64,000 bases of DNA from the NCBI GenBank assembly GCA_963794325.1, contig CAWCDG010000004.1, forward strand, positions 512,001 through 576,000. Direction: 5' to 3'. Below are positions 1-9,743 of this stretch, piece after piece. Source of the DNA: an uncultured delta proteobacterium (GTDB taxonomy: Bacteria; Desulfobacterota; Binatia; Binatales; Binataceae). The notes under the pieces were generated by a model. That model made no database searches. It was not told the origin of the DNA and saw only the letters and a list, made by a program, of their open reading frames with translations. Made by a program: the position numbers and the translations under genes. The first letter of the stretch is position 1, and every line of letters begins with the position of its first letter.

Positions 1-1
1 G

Positions 2-322
2 CATCTTGCCCGTGATTCGCGCCGAGGGCGACGAGTCGCGTCGCGCAGTCCCGGGCCGCAGCGGGGTCGAGCGCGGAGGTGGCGACACTGGCGGCGTGTA
101 CGCTTCGCCGGGCTCAACCCCCAGTCGCGCGCCGCAGAAGTTGCAGATCAATTCGCCCGGCTGCGCCTTGCCACCGCACACCGGACATTCGATTTGCGGG
201 CCTTCGGTGCTGTTCGCGCCTTCAGTAAAAGCGGGCCCCGCCTGCACCAGCGCGCTGCCGTCGGCGTCGCAAAAGGTCTCGGAGTCGGGGTAGGTCTTAT
301 CGCAGCGGGGGCACCTTTTCAT
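2..322 (-). CDS. double zinc-ribbon domain protein, N-terminal part (runs off the window start)
   Basis: Not in the ORF track. Manual translation from ATG at 322 gives MKRCPRCDKTYPDSETFCDADGSAL...ECPVCGGKAQPGELICNFCGARLG; the frame stays open to the window edge. Confidence 0.75.
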   Translation of the reverse strand, partial: MKRCPRCDKTYPDSETFCDADGSALVQAGPAFTEGANSTEGPQIECPVCGGKAQPGELICNFCGARLGVEPGEAYTPPVSPPPRSTPLRPGTARRDSSPSARITGKM

Positions 323-384
323 GTTGGTAAGAAGTCCTCTGGCGCAAGTTTCGATGAAATCGACGCGAATTGCGACAGGCTCAA

Positions 385-1236
385 CTACTGCCTGGAGATC
401 ACCTCGGCGCCAAATTTTTCCATCGCGGCAATATGCTCTCGGGTGGTCGCGGCCGGCCCGATTATTATTCGCGAAACACCCATCGATGCGAATTTTTCGA
501 TATCACCGGGCTTCAACTGTTCGCGCAACCTGCTCACGGTAATTTCCAGCGGCACGGTCCGCTCCGCCGCCCGCTCATGCTCGCGCAGGCGCTTGATCGT
601 CGCCGCAATCTCGTCGTTGCCTTCCGCGATTCCATACCAACCGTCGCCGAGTTTCGCCGCGCGCTTGAGCGACGGTTCAGTGTTGCCGCCGAATACGATC
701 GGCGGATGCGGCTTTTGCGCGGGCTTGGGCATGAACTTGAACCCTTCAGTCGAAATCGTCTTGCCGTGATACTCCGGCGAATCTTTGGTCCACAGCTCCT
801 TCATCAGCGCGAGATATTCGCGGGTACGGAGCGCGCGATCCTTGAAGTTCATGCCGACGCCTTCGAATTCCTCCTCGAGCCAACCGATGCCGACGCCGAA
901 AATAAATCGTCCGCCCGAAAGAACGTCGAGGCTGGCGACTGCCTTGGCGGTAGTGAATGCGTTGCGAATCGGCAGCACAAAGACTCCCGTCGCGAGGCGA
1001 ATCCTGGTTGTGACACCGGCGACGTAGGCCAGCGCCAGCAGTGGGTCGTGCAATGGCGTCTCCGGAGGCGCGCCCATCCTTCCACTAGAAGAATACGGAT
1101 ACGGCGAGCGGTAGGTTACCGGCAAAATAATATGCTCGGGAATCCAGAGCGATTCGAAGCCGCTCTCTTCGGCTTTGCGAGCCACCGCGGCGATACTGTT
1201 GGGCGAGGTCTGATACAAAAATGTGCCGAATTTCAT
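385..1236 (-). CDS. LLM-class (probably F420-dependent) oxidoreductase
   Basis: GFESLWIPEH, LDVLSGGRFIFGVGIGW and PKPAQKPHPPI motifs of the luciferase-like family. Confidence 0.88.
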   Translation of the reverse strand: MKFGTFLYQTSPNSIAAVARKAEESGFESLWIPEHIILPVTYRSPYPYSSSGRMGAPPETPLHDPLLALAYVAGVTTRIRLATGVFVLPIRNAFTTAKAVASLDVLSGGRFIFGVGIGWLEEEFEGVGMNFKDRALRTREYLALMKELWTKDSPEYHGKTISTEGFKFMPKPAQKPHPPIVFGGNTEPSLKRAAKLGDGWYGIAEGNDEIAATIKRLREHERAAERTVPLEITVSRLREQLKPGDIEKFASMGVSRIIIGPAATTREHIAAMEKFGAEVISRQ

Positions 1237-1275
1237 TTTTTCAATCGCTCCTCGAGCGCGGAAATTTTTACAATC

Positions 1276-2700
1276 CTAATCGGTTTTTAGCTTCGCCGAA
1301 AAGACTGAAGGATCCTCGATCGTGCGCAGATCGAGGATGAAAGAATCATCGGCCACCCGCCCGATAATTCGGGCGCGCCGGAACATCGTGGCAATCGCGT
1401 TGGCCGATTTCTCCGGATGGGTGACGCGAAGCGCAACCGACTTCAGCTCCTCGACCGGCATCGCGCCCGAACCGACCTGCGAAACCACATCGACAATCTC
1501 GACTGCGTAGCCCGCGCCGAGCCGCTCCGCGACGATCTCGCGAGCACGCGGTGCGATCGAGCCAATCTCACTCACGCTGCGTCCCAGGATTCGAAGCGTC
1601 GGCAGCGCGTGCGCCAGATCGGCCGAGCGTAGATAGAGGCGCAACGTCGCCGCGAGCGCCGCGAGCGTGAGCTTGTCGCATCTGAGCGCTCGCTTCAGCG
1701 GATTGCGCTTGATGCGATCGATCGCGGTATGACGCCCTACAATCACCCCTGCCTGCGGACCGCCAAGCAGCTTGTCGCCGGAGAACGTGACTATCGAAGC
1801 GCCTGCCGCGATTCGATCACGCACGATCGGCTCGCGCGGGATTCCGTATTCGGTCAGATCGATCAGCGCACCCGCGCCAAGATCTTCCATCACGTCGATT
1901 CCACGCGCGCGGCCGATTTCGACCAGGTCTTCCAGCGTCACTTCACTGGTGAATCCGACGACACGGTAGTTCGAGGGATGCACTTTCAGCAGCAGCGCGG
2001 TGCTCGGTCCAATCGCGTCGGCATAGTCGTTGGGATGAGTTCGATTCGTAGTTCCGATTTCGCGCAGAATTGCGCCGCTCTTCGCCATGACGTCGGGCAA
2101 TCGAAACGATCCGCCAATCTCGATCATCTCGCCGCGCGATACGATTACTTCGCGTCCCTCGGCGAGCGAGTTGAGCGCGAGGACGACCGCCGCAGCGTTG
2201 TTGTTCACAACCGTCGCTGCTTCCGCCCCTGTCAGCTCACAAATCTCACTTTCGACAATCGTGTCGCGGTCGCCGCGTTCACCGGTCCCTAGATCATATT
2301 CCAGGTTGACGGCGGACCGCGCGGCCATCTCGACCGCCTCGATGGCGGATTCCGACAAAATCGCACGCCCGAGATTGGTGTGCAGGACCACGCCGGTCGC
2401 GTTGACCACGGGCCTCAAAGCGGCCTCGTCCGCTACCACCGCGCGGGACGCTGCGCCTACCACCGCGTCGAGCATCGCCGCTCGATCGCGCGGATGCGCG
2501 TCACGCCCCGAGAGAATCGCGGCGCGCAATTCCGCTTGCGCCCTCTGCACCATCACTTTGAGGTAGCTGCGGCTGAAGCTGGAAAGTGCGGGATTGGCCT
2601 GCGCCGCCGTGAGGCATTCGTCGATCGACGGAACCGCGCGAATCGCTTCCGTACGCGCGGCGGTGTCTGCGTCACGAGTTTTTCGAGAGTGTTTCGGCAA
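1276..2700 (-). CDS. selA: L-seryl-tRNA(Sec) selenium transferase (selenocysteine synthase)
   Basis: VNATGVVLHTNLGRA, VNNNAAA, SRGEMIEIGGSFR and FSGDKLLGGPQAG (PLP Lys). Start placed at TTG 2700 because the ORF-track extension runs through a repeat. Confidence 0.95.
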   Translation of the reverse strand: MPKHSRKTRDADTAARTEAIRAVPSIDECLTAAQANPALSSFSRSYLKVMVQRAQAELRAAILSGRDAHPRDRAAMLDAVVGAASRAVVADEAALRPVVNATGVVLHTNLGRAILSESAIEAVEMAARSAVNLEYDLGTGERGDRDTIVESEICELTGAEAATVVNNNAAAVVLALNSLAEGREVIVSRGEMIEIGGSFRLPDVMAKSGAILREIGTTNRTHPNDYADAIGPSTALLLKVHPSNYRVVGFTSEVTLEDLVEIGRARGIDVMEDLGAGALIDLTEYGIPREPIVRDRIAAGASIVTFSGDKLLGGPQAGVIVGRHTAIDRIKRNPLKRALRCDKLTLAALAATLRLYLRSADLAHALPTLRILGRSVSEIGSIAPRAREIVAERLGAGYAVEIVDVVSQVGSGAMPVEELKSVALRVTHPEKSANAIATMFRRARIIGRVADDSFILDLRTIEDPSVFSAKLKTD

Positions 2701-2737
2701 CCTAACCCCTAACCCCTTCCCTCGAGGGAAGGGGAAC
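2701..2737. repeat. REP-like palindrome family A, copy 1 (CCTAACCCCTAACCCCTTCCC-N4-GGGAAGGGGAAC)
   Basis: Identical copy at 7598-7634, near-identical at 50574-50610; hairpin CCCCTTCCC/GGGAAGGGG. Confidence 0.85.
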
Positions 2738-2825
2738 AAACGCGGAAAAGGAGATCTTACCAAACACTGCTAACAGGGACCCTACGAGTACTCAGGGTAA
2801 ACTCCGTCCCGCATCCTATCTTATC

Positions 2826-2889
2826 ACTGGGTGCAGGGGTCACCCCTGCCGAAGGAAGTTTGAAACCCACCGCGGGTTTCAAATTAAAT
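2826..2889. repeat. REP-like palindrome family B, long copy (GCAGGGGTCACCCCTGC plus TTTGAAACCC..GGGTTTCAAA hairpins)
   Basis: 64 bp matching 34789-34852 with one mismatch. Confidence 0.85.
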
Positions 2890-4233
2890 TAAGTGGCTTC
2901 TGCTATCTCCGCCTGCGCTTGCGCGATCAACTTCAACTTGGTCAACAAAATGAACCCGCACATCAACGAGAACGCCGCGCAGAACATCACTGCCGTGCGC
3001 GGACTGAAATGCTCGCCGATGTAGCCGACCGCCAGGCTTCCGATGGGCGCGGTGCCGATGAATGACAGCGTGTAGATACTCATCACGCGGCCGCGCAATT
3101 CGTCAGTGACGAACATTTGCAGCAGGGTGTTGGTCGTCACCATGTGATTCATCAGGCCGACGCCGATGAACATTTGCGCGAGGAGAGAGACCGACATCCA
3201 GGTCGATACGCCGAAGCCCGCGGTCGCGAACGCCATGCAGAAAATTCCGAACACCAGATTTTGGCGCAATGTTTTCGGAGCGGTCGAGCGCATGTTCATC
3301 ACGATTGCGCTGATAACCGCGCCCAATCCCTGCGCCGCCATTAGGAATCCGTAACCATGCGCACCGACATGCAATAGATCGCGCGCGAAGACCGGAATCA
3401 GCACACTGTACTGCATCCCGATTCCCATGTTGATCGCCACCAGCACGAGCAGCCACAGGGTCGGGCGATGCCGCCAGACATATGAGAGTCCGAGCCGCAC
3501 CTGGCGCATCATGGTGGCGCCGAACTCGCGCCGCTCGCGCCGCGGCAGCCGCATCTCGAGCAGGCTCCAGATAACGGCGAGATAGCTGACGCCGTTGAGC
3601 AGGAAGCATCCGGCGATTCCGATCACCGCGAGCGACATGCCCGCGATGGCCGGGCCGATCATTCGCGCGCCGTTGAAGATCATCGAGTTCATCGAGATGG
3701 CGTTGGGTAGATCCTCGCGCCCGACCATCTCGACTACGAAGGCTTGACGGCCCGGCATGTCGAACGAGCTCACGAAACCGTTGAGCGCGGCCAGTGCGAT
3801 CACGTATTCGACTTTGACGGCGCCGGCCCAGGTCAATCCCGCGAGAACGAAGGCGCTGATCATCAAAAGAGTCTGAGCGCCGATTATGAGGCGTCGGCGA
3901 TCGACGTGATCGACCACGACGCCGGCGAACAATGCGACCAGTACGATGGGCATGAAGCCCGCAAACGAGACGACGCCAAGCATCAACGACGAATTCGTGA
4001 GTTTCAGCACCAGCCACGATTGCGCGACAATCTGCATCCAGGTGCCGATGAGCGAGATCAGTTGTCCGATGAAGAAGAGCCTGAAATTGCGATGGCGCAG
4101 TGCGCGGAACGCGGCGAGCCTGCCGCTCCAGTTGTCCTGCGCAGGAACGTCGCCGCCGGCCTCGTCAACTTCGGCGGCTTCTATCTCGGGGACAGTATCG
4201 ATGATTTTTCTCCGTGACCTGATTCTCCTTCAC
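2889..4233 (-). CDS. MFS transporter (MFS_3/DUF894-like); 5' end has an apparent frameshift or a non-canonical start
   Basis: Multi-TM ORF 2889-4037. The frame extends upstream through FRALRHRNFRLFFIGQLISLIGTW with no ATG/GTG/TTG; GTG at 4233 is in frame only if the A5 run at 4205-4209 is read as A4. Confidence 0.8.
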
Positions 4234-4301
4234 TTTGACAGAGCTGATTTCATCAATCGAGCGACTTGCCGCTTTCCGGTCTGTTTGCGAGTCTCACTGA
4301 C

Positions 4302-6203
4302 ATGGCATCGTTATCGCGACTCGAACTCCGATTTATCGACGCCGCCGGCAATCCTCGCGCGCTGGAGCTCTCGGCGCCCTTCAGCTCGAACGAATCGAAG
4401 ATTGTTCACGATGGCGTCTCCTTTTCGGCGCGCCTGGAAAACACGATCGGCGGCACCGTCGTTCGCGCAACTATCCGCAACCGCGGCGCCGACCCCGTGC
4501 GGCTCAATGCTGCAATCTTCGACGTCGAGACCGGCTTCGCGAAATCCGCAGCGGCGCGATTCTTCAAGCATGGATACCAGTCGTGGAGCTCATCGGAAGG
4601 TCGCGACCTGAGCGCTTCAAGCGCTCACACTGGCGACGGCGCCCATTTCATTACGCGCCTTATGCATCGGAGCGAACCGACTCGGCCGCCAGAATTCCCC
4701 GAAGCGCAGACATCCGAGCTCTTCACGATAGTCGAAAGCAATGGCGCGGCGGAGCGCGTGCTGGCCGGATTTATCGGAGCCGCCACTTCGCTTTCAACGA
4801 TCACCATCTCGAGCCCTGAAAAAATCGTTGCACGCGCGATCCTCGACGATGTAACGCTCGCGGCGGGCGCGCATCGCGAACTCGATCCAATGCTGATCGC
4901 CGCGGCGGACGAATCCGCGGCGCGGATGGCTGCGCGATGGGCTGACGCAATTGGCCGATGGATGAACGCGCGCGTGAATGCGCCATTCCAGCGCGGATGG
5001 TGTTCCTGGTACCACTACTTTCACGCGATCACAGAGGACGCGCTTCGCGCCAACATCAAATCGCTCGAGGCGATGCGCTCCGAGTTCCCGCTCGACGTGA
5101 TCCAGCTCGACGACGGCTTTCAGTCGGCGCTGGGCGACTGGGACACGACCAACGCCAAGTTTCCGGGCGGGCTCAAAAAGATCGCGGGAGAAATTCGCGC
5201 CGCGGGTTTCAAGGCCGGCATCTGGACCGCGCCATTTCTCGCTGCCCGCGATTCACGCCTGATGGCCGATCATCCCGATTGGTTCATCATGCACGAACAG
5301 AGCGGCGAACCGGTTCGCGCCGGCCACAACGCGAACTGGACGACGAGTGACGACAAATTCGCGTACGCGCTCGACCCGAGCAATCCTGCGTTCCGCGCGC
5401 ATCTGCGGCATCTGTTCAAGGAGCTCACCCGCGATTTCGGCTACTCGTATCTCAAACTCGATTTTCTTTACGCCGCCGCCGCGCCCGGCCGGCGTCACGA
5501 TCCAAATCTCACGCGCGGTGAAACGCTGCGCCAAGGCCTCGAGGCGATTCGCGCAGGGGCCGGCGACGACGCGTTCATCCTCGGATGCGGCTGCCCGCTT
5601 GGGCAGGCGGTCGGCGTGGTGGACGGAATGCGCATCGGGCCCGACGTATCGCCGTTCTGGGGCTCGACGGCATCCGGAGTGGGCGACCCGTCCACGGTGT
5701 ATGCGCTCGACGCGATCATCGCGCGCAGCTTCATGCATCGGCGGCTGTGGCTGAATGATCCCGACTGCCTGATGCTGCGGGCGCGCGAAACCCGCCTCAC
5801 CGCGGACGAACGCGCTGCACTGGCCGCGACCATCGTCGCGAGCGGCGGGATGCTGCTGATCTCCGACGACATGAGCTTGCTCGACGCCGAGGCGGGCAAA
5901 TTGTTTCGTACGCTCACAGAGATCGGCGAGAAGATCGATTCAAACGCGGCGCGAGAACCAGTCCTCGCGCTCGATCTGATGGCGACCGGCGACGTCCGGG
6001 GGATGATCACTCAGACCGAGATTGGCGCGGTCACGATGATACTGAATCGCGGCGACTCGCCGGCACGGGTGCAAACTTCTGATCTCAAACTGGGCGCCGG
6101 AGAAATCGCGGCGCTCGACCTCGCCGTCGACGAGAAAATTGAGATCTTCGATGCGATCGAGCTTCCGCCTCATTCCGCGCGCATCCTGCGCTTCAAGCGC
6201 TAG
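4302..6203 (+). CDS. alpha-galactosidase (GH36 family)
   Basis: GWCSWYHY, IQLDDGFQ, YLKLDFLY, ILGCG, MRIGPD and WLNDPDCL motifs. Confidence 0.88.
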   Translation: MASLSRLELRFIDAAGNPRALELSAPFSSNESKIVHDGVSFSARLENTIGGTVVRATIRNRGADPVRLNAAIFDVETGFAKSAAARFFKHGYQSWSSSEGRDLSASSAHTGDGAHFITRLMHRSEPTRPPEFPEAQTSELFTIVESNGAAERVLAGFIGAATSLSTITISSPEKIVARAILDDVTLAAGAHRELDPMLIAAADESAARMAARWADAIGRWMNARVNAPFQRGWCSWYHYFHAITEDALRANIKSLEAMRSEFPLDVIQLDDGFQSALGDWDTTNAKFPGGLKKIAGEIRAAGFKAGIWTAPFLAARDSRLMADHPDWFIMHEQSGEPVRAGHNANWTTSDDKFAYALDPSNPAFRAHLRHLFKELTRDFGYSYLKLDFLYAAAAPGRRHDPNLTRGETLRQGLEAIRAGAGDDAFILGCGCPLGQAVGVVDGMRIGPDVSPFWGSTASGVGDPSTVYALDAIIARSFMHRRLWLNDPDCLMLRARETRLTADERAALAATIVASGGMLLISDDMSLLDAEAGKLFRTLTEIGEKIDSNAAREPVLALDLMATGDVRGMITQTEIGAVTMILNRGDSPARVQTSDLKLGAGEIAALDLAVDEKIEIFDAIELPPHSARILRFKR

Positions 6204-7596
6204 CCGACAAATCGATCACGCTCGCACCCGCACCTGCGTGCAATACGGCTCGCCAACTTTCCGGCGCCGCTGTCGGAAATTGCTTTGCGAAATAGCCTCG
6301 ATCGATCGATTCAATCACAGCGGCCGCGTTAGACACGTCGCACAGAGCTACGATCGCGCCGCCGAAGCCTGCGCCAGTCAGCCGCGCGCCGAGTGCGCCG
6401 CCACGACGCGCACATTCCACGATTGCATCGAGCCGCGCCGTGCTGCATTCGAAGTCGTCTGCAAGACTTTGATGCGACGCGTTCATCAACGTTCCCATTT
6501 CGTCGAGACGGCCGGCCTCGAGCACGCCGGCCGCGCGAATCACGCGCTCGGTCTCGCTCAACACGTGCCGCGCGCGTTTGAGAATTTCCAGCGGGCGGCT
6601 CGAATCCAGCGCGATTCGCGTCGGGCCATGACCGAGCAACGCGGCATCGAGAGCCGGCTGCGAGACGCCAAGGATGTTTGCACCCTCCTTCAGGTCTGCA
6701 TTGAGCCGCGCGGGTGCTGCCGACGCGAGTCTCTCGACAAGGTTCGCCGCGTTCCACTCCGGCAGTGCGCGAATCACGTCGCCGAGAATTGTCACGCCGT
6801 CGAGTTTGAGCGCGCGGCCGAGAATTCGCGCCGCCAGCGAGCATTCGACGACGCGCCGATTGTATTCCGCGCGGACCTTCCCCGACTTGTCCGCGACTTC
6901 GCGCGTGTCCGCGACAACCAGCGCCGCGTTCGCAGGCATCTTGATCGCACGCACGCGCAGCGGGTCGAACTCGATGAACAGCGCGTGGTCGCGGCGGCCA
7001 AGAATCGAAACTGCCTGATCCATCCCGCCCCCGTGGGTCCCGACGTACCGCTCGCTGCGGGCCACCATCGTCGCGGTTTCGAGCGGATCGAGTTCGAGTT
7101 GGTTGACCGCCATGAACGCGAGCGCCGTCGAGACGGTCAGCGCGGACGATGACGACAATCCGGCGGCCGGCGGCACGCGCCCATCGACAATCATCGACGC
7201 GCCGCGCAATTGATGCGCAGGGAAGCGATCGATCACTCCCTGTATCGATGCCTTCACGTAGTTAGCCCAATCCCCGGTTTCGTAGGGTGGAATCTGTCGC
7301 TCGATTGCGAAGCGTCGTGAGGGCCACGCCGGGTCGGCGTTCTCCAGCTGGATTTCGCGTGTTGTGTTGGCAGCGGCTGCGACGATTGTCGATCGATCGA
7401 TCGCGACCGGTAGCACAGGCAGTCCGCTGTAGTCGGTGTGCTCACCGATTAGATTGACGCGTCCGGGTGCGCGGGCCGCGAAGATTCGCGGATTGACGCT
7501 GCCTCGCAGTTTGGCGGCGAGCCTCTCGGCGCGATCCAATTCATCGGGATGCCATCGGTTCGAGTTCGATGCGTGGGTTGTGATGGTTGCGGGCAA
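6193..7596 (-). CDS. galK: galactokinase
   Basis: APGRVNLIGEHTDY, PPAAGLSSSSA, GGMDQ and GARLTGAGFGG (GHMP kinase). Confidence 0.92.
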   Translation of the reverse strand: MPATITTHASNSNRWHPDELDRAERLAAKLRGSVNPRIFAARAPGRVNLIGEHTDYSGLPVLPVAIDRSTIVAAAANTTREIQLENADPAWPSRRFAIERQIPPYETGDWANYVKASIQGVIDRFPAHQLRGASMIVDGRVPPAAGLSSSSALTVSTALAFMAVNQLELDPLETATMVARSERYVGTHGGGMDQAVSILGRRDHALFIEFDPLRVRAIKMPANAALVVADTREVADKSGKVRAEYNRRVVECSLAARILGRALKLDGVTILGDVIRALPEWNAANLVERLASAAPARLNADLKEGANILGVSQPALDAALLGHGPTRIALDSSRPLEILKRARHVLSETERVIRAAGVLEAGRLDEMGTLMNASHQSLADDFECSTARLDAIVECARRGGALGARLTGAGFGGAIVALCDVSNAAAVIESIDRGYFAKQFPTAAPESWRAVLHAGAGASVIDLSASA

Positions 7597-7597
7597 A

Positions 7598-7634
7598 CCT
7601 AACCCCTAACCCCTTCCCTCGAGGGAAGGGGAAC
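7598..7634. repeat. REP-like palindrome family A, copy 2
   Basis: Identical to 2701-2737; overlaps the 3' end of the nucleotidyltransferase gene. Confidence 0.85.
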
Positions 7635-8429
7635 AATCGCGATTTGGTGATTCGAGCAATACGTCGGGTTCATCGGCGCTCTCCTCTTCGGCTTGAACCA
7701 TGCGCGCGCTGCTTCGAGATCGTTCGGCGTGCCGACGTCGCTCCAGAATCCGCGCATGTCGACTGCGCGCACGACGCGGCCGTCCGCGATCATTTGTGCG
7801 ATCGCGCCCGGGACCTCCAGTTCGCCGCGCGCCGACGGTTCGAGCCGCGCGAGATAGTCGAAGATTACCTGTCCGGTAGCGAAGAGTCCCGCGTTGTTCC
7901 ATTCGGTCTTTGCGGTTCCGGGCGCCGGTTTTTCGTCAAGGCGTTCGACGATCATCTGCGGAGTCACGTAGACGGCGGCGCCGCGAAATGGATCTTTGAC
8001 GCGATTTACCGCGAGCATCAAATCGTACTCGTCGATCCGCGCGTGACGGATGAATCGCGGATAGTTCGCGCGGTCCATCAGGATGTCGCCCCATCCGAAG
8101 ACGAAGCGCGGCTGTCCGGTGAGATGCGCTTTGACCGCGAGCATCGCGCCGCCAGTCCCGTTCAGTTCGGGCTGTTTGACCGTGGTAATTTCGATTCCCG
8201 GATTTTCGTGCTGGTAAGTTTTCGCCCATCCTTCGATTTGATCGGACAGGTAGCCCGTCACGACGATGAAATTAGCGAGCCCTGCCCCGGCGAGCGCGTC
8301 GATAATATGCGAAATCAACGGAGAACCGGCGATGTCGAGGACTGGTTTCGGCGTTTTCGCGGTCAAATCGCCAAGCCGTTTGCCACGCCCCGCCGCCAGC
8401 AATACCGCCGTAGTAATTTCCGCCGCCAC
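7599..8429 (-). CDS. sugar-phosphate nucleotidyltransferase (NTP_transferase family)
   Basis: LLAAGRGKRL...PKP, EKP, RGELE and WSDVGTP motifs. Confidence 0.88.
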   Translation of the reverse strand: MAAEITTAVLLAAGRGKRLGDLTAKTPKPVLDIAGSPLISHIIDALAGAGLANFIVVTGYLSDQIEGWAKTYQHENPGIEITTVKQPELNGTGGAMLAVKAHLTGQPRFVFGWGDILMDRANYPRFIRHARIDEYDLMLAVNRVKDPFRGAAVYVTPQMIVERLDEKPAPGTAKTEWNNAGLFATGQVIFDYLARLEPSARGELEVPGAIAQMIADGRVVRAVDMRGFWSDVGTPNDLEAARAWFKPKRRAPMNPTYCSNHQIAIVPLPSREGVRG

Positions 8430-8513
8430 CCGCTCAACATAGCATCGCGCGGGCGTTCGAGGGTGCTTGGCTGGCGGTATATAGTTGAGTAAGAGTTTAG
8501 CGAGAGCCGGATA

Positions 8514-9686
8514 ATGTTTGGTGAGATAAGTCCCCGCAAGAAAGCGCGCGCGCCGTTTATTTCAATCGAGGAAGCACTCGAGGAGACGCGGCGCGGCCAC
8601 ATGATCATCCTGATGGATGATGAGCAGCGCGAGAACGAGGGCGACCTTTGCATGGCGGCGGAGAAGGCGACGCCCGAAGCGGTCAACTTCATGGCCAAGT
8701 TCGGGCGCGGGCTGATTTGCCTGCCGATGTCGTCGGAGCGAATCGACCGGCTCGGGCTCAGCATGATGATTGGCGACAACCAGGCGCCGCTCGGGACCGC
8801 GTTCACGACGGCGATAACCGCGCGGCGCGCGTCGGGATCGGGAATCTCGGCGCAGGATCGCTCGACTACGATTCTGCAGGCGGTGCGCGAGGACGCCAGC
8901 GGCAGTGAGTTCATCACGCCCGGCTACGTCTATCCGCTGCGTGCGCGCGACGGCGGCGTTCTGGTGCGCACGGGACAGACCGAAGGCGCGGTCGATCTCG
9001 CGCGCCTGGCGGGACTGAAGCCGGCGGGCGTTATCTGCGAGATTCTGAAGGACGACGGCACGATGGCGCGGCGCGACGACCTGGTCGAGTTTGCCAAAGT
9101 GCATGGGCTGAAGATTGTCACGGTCGCGGACATAATCGAGTACCGGCTGCGCAACGAGACGATGGTCCAGCGAATCGCCGAGGCGAAGCTGCCGACTGCG
9201 TACGGCGAGTTCAGCGCGATCGTCTATCGCAACCTGGTCGATTACACCGAACATCTGGTGCTGGTGATGGGCAAGGTCGATTCGAAGAAACCCATTCTGG
9301 TGCGGGCGCATCGCGAGTACCTGCCCGGCGACGTGTTCGGCTACTCGATTCGCAATACTCGCAATCTGCTGCGATCCGCGATGGAACGAATTTCGGCGGC
9401 GGGCGAAGGCGTGCTGCTGTATCTAAAGCGCGAGTCGAATGCGCTGGCGTCGGATTTTGACGGCGGACGTCCGGCACGCCGTACGACTACGCGCGCAAAT
9501 ACGCCGGAGGCTGATTTCCGCGATTATGGAATCGGCGCACAGATTCTGCGCGATGTGGGCGTGCGCAAGATGATTATTATGTCGGACGCGACGCCGCGGC
9601 TGGCGAATCTGCCGGGCTACGGATTGGAGATTGTGGGATCGGTACCGCTTTCGTCGAGCGGCAAGCACCACGCGGCCGCCAAATAA
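8514..9686 (+). CDS. ribB: 3,4-dihydroxy-2-butanone-4-phosphate synthase fused to a degenerate GTP cyclohydrolase II domain (RibBX-like)
   Basis: DDEQRENEGD, GLIC, RTGQTEG and ICEI motifs. The C-terminal GCHII fold lacks the Zn cysteines (HREYLPGDVFGYSIRNT). Confidence 0.9.
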   Translation: MFGEISPRKKARAPFISIEEALEETRRGHMIILMDDEQRENEGDLCMAAEKATPEAVNFMAKFGRGLICLPMSSERIDRLGLSMMIGDNQAPLGTAFTTAITARRASGSGISAQDRSTTILQAVREDASGSEFITPGYVYPLRARDGGVLVRTGQTEGAVDLARLAGLKPAGVICEILKDDGTMARRDDLVEFAKVHGLKIVTVADIIEYRLRNETMVQRIAEAKLPTAYGEFSAIVYRNLVDYTEHLVLVMGKVDSKKPILVRAHREYLPGDVFGYSIRNTRNLLRSAMERISAAGEGVLLYLKRESNALASDFDGGRPARRTTTRANTPEADFRDYGIGAQILRDVGVRKMIIMSDATPRLANLPGYGLEIVGSVPLSSSGKHHAAAK

Positions 9687-9743
9687 ATGTACACTGTTCA
9701 GGAACCGCGGAGCCGCTCGTGCGGTTGTAGTTCTCGACAAATC

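Noticed and set aside
1276-2890. tRNA-Sec (selC), selB or selD near selA
   Set aside because: No tRNA cloverleaf or matching ORFs were recognised in the window.
8430-8513. FMN riboswitch upstream of ribB
   Set aside because: The intergenic region is too short and lacks RFN consensus.
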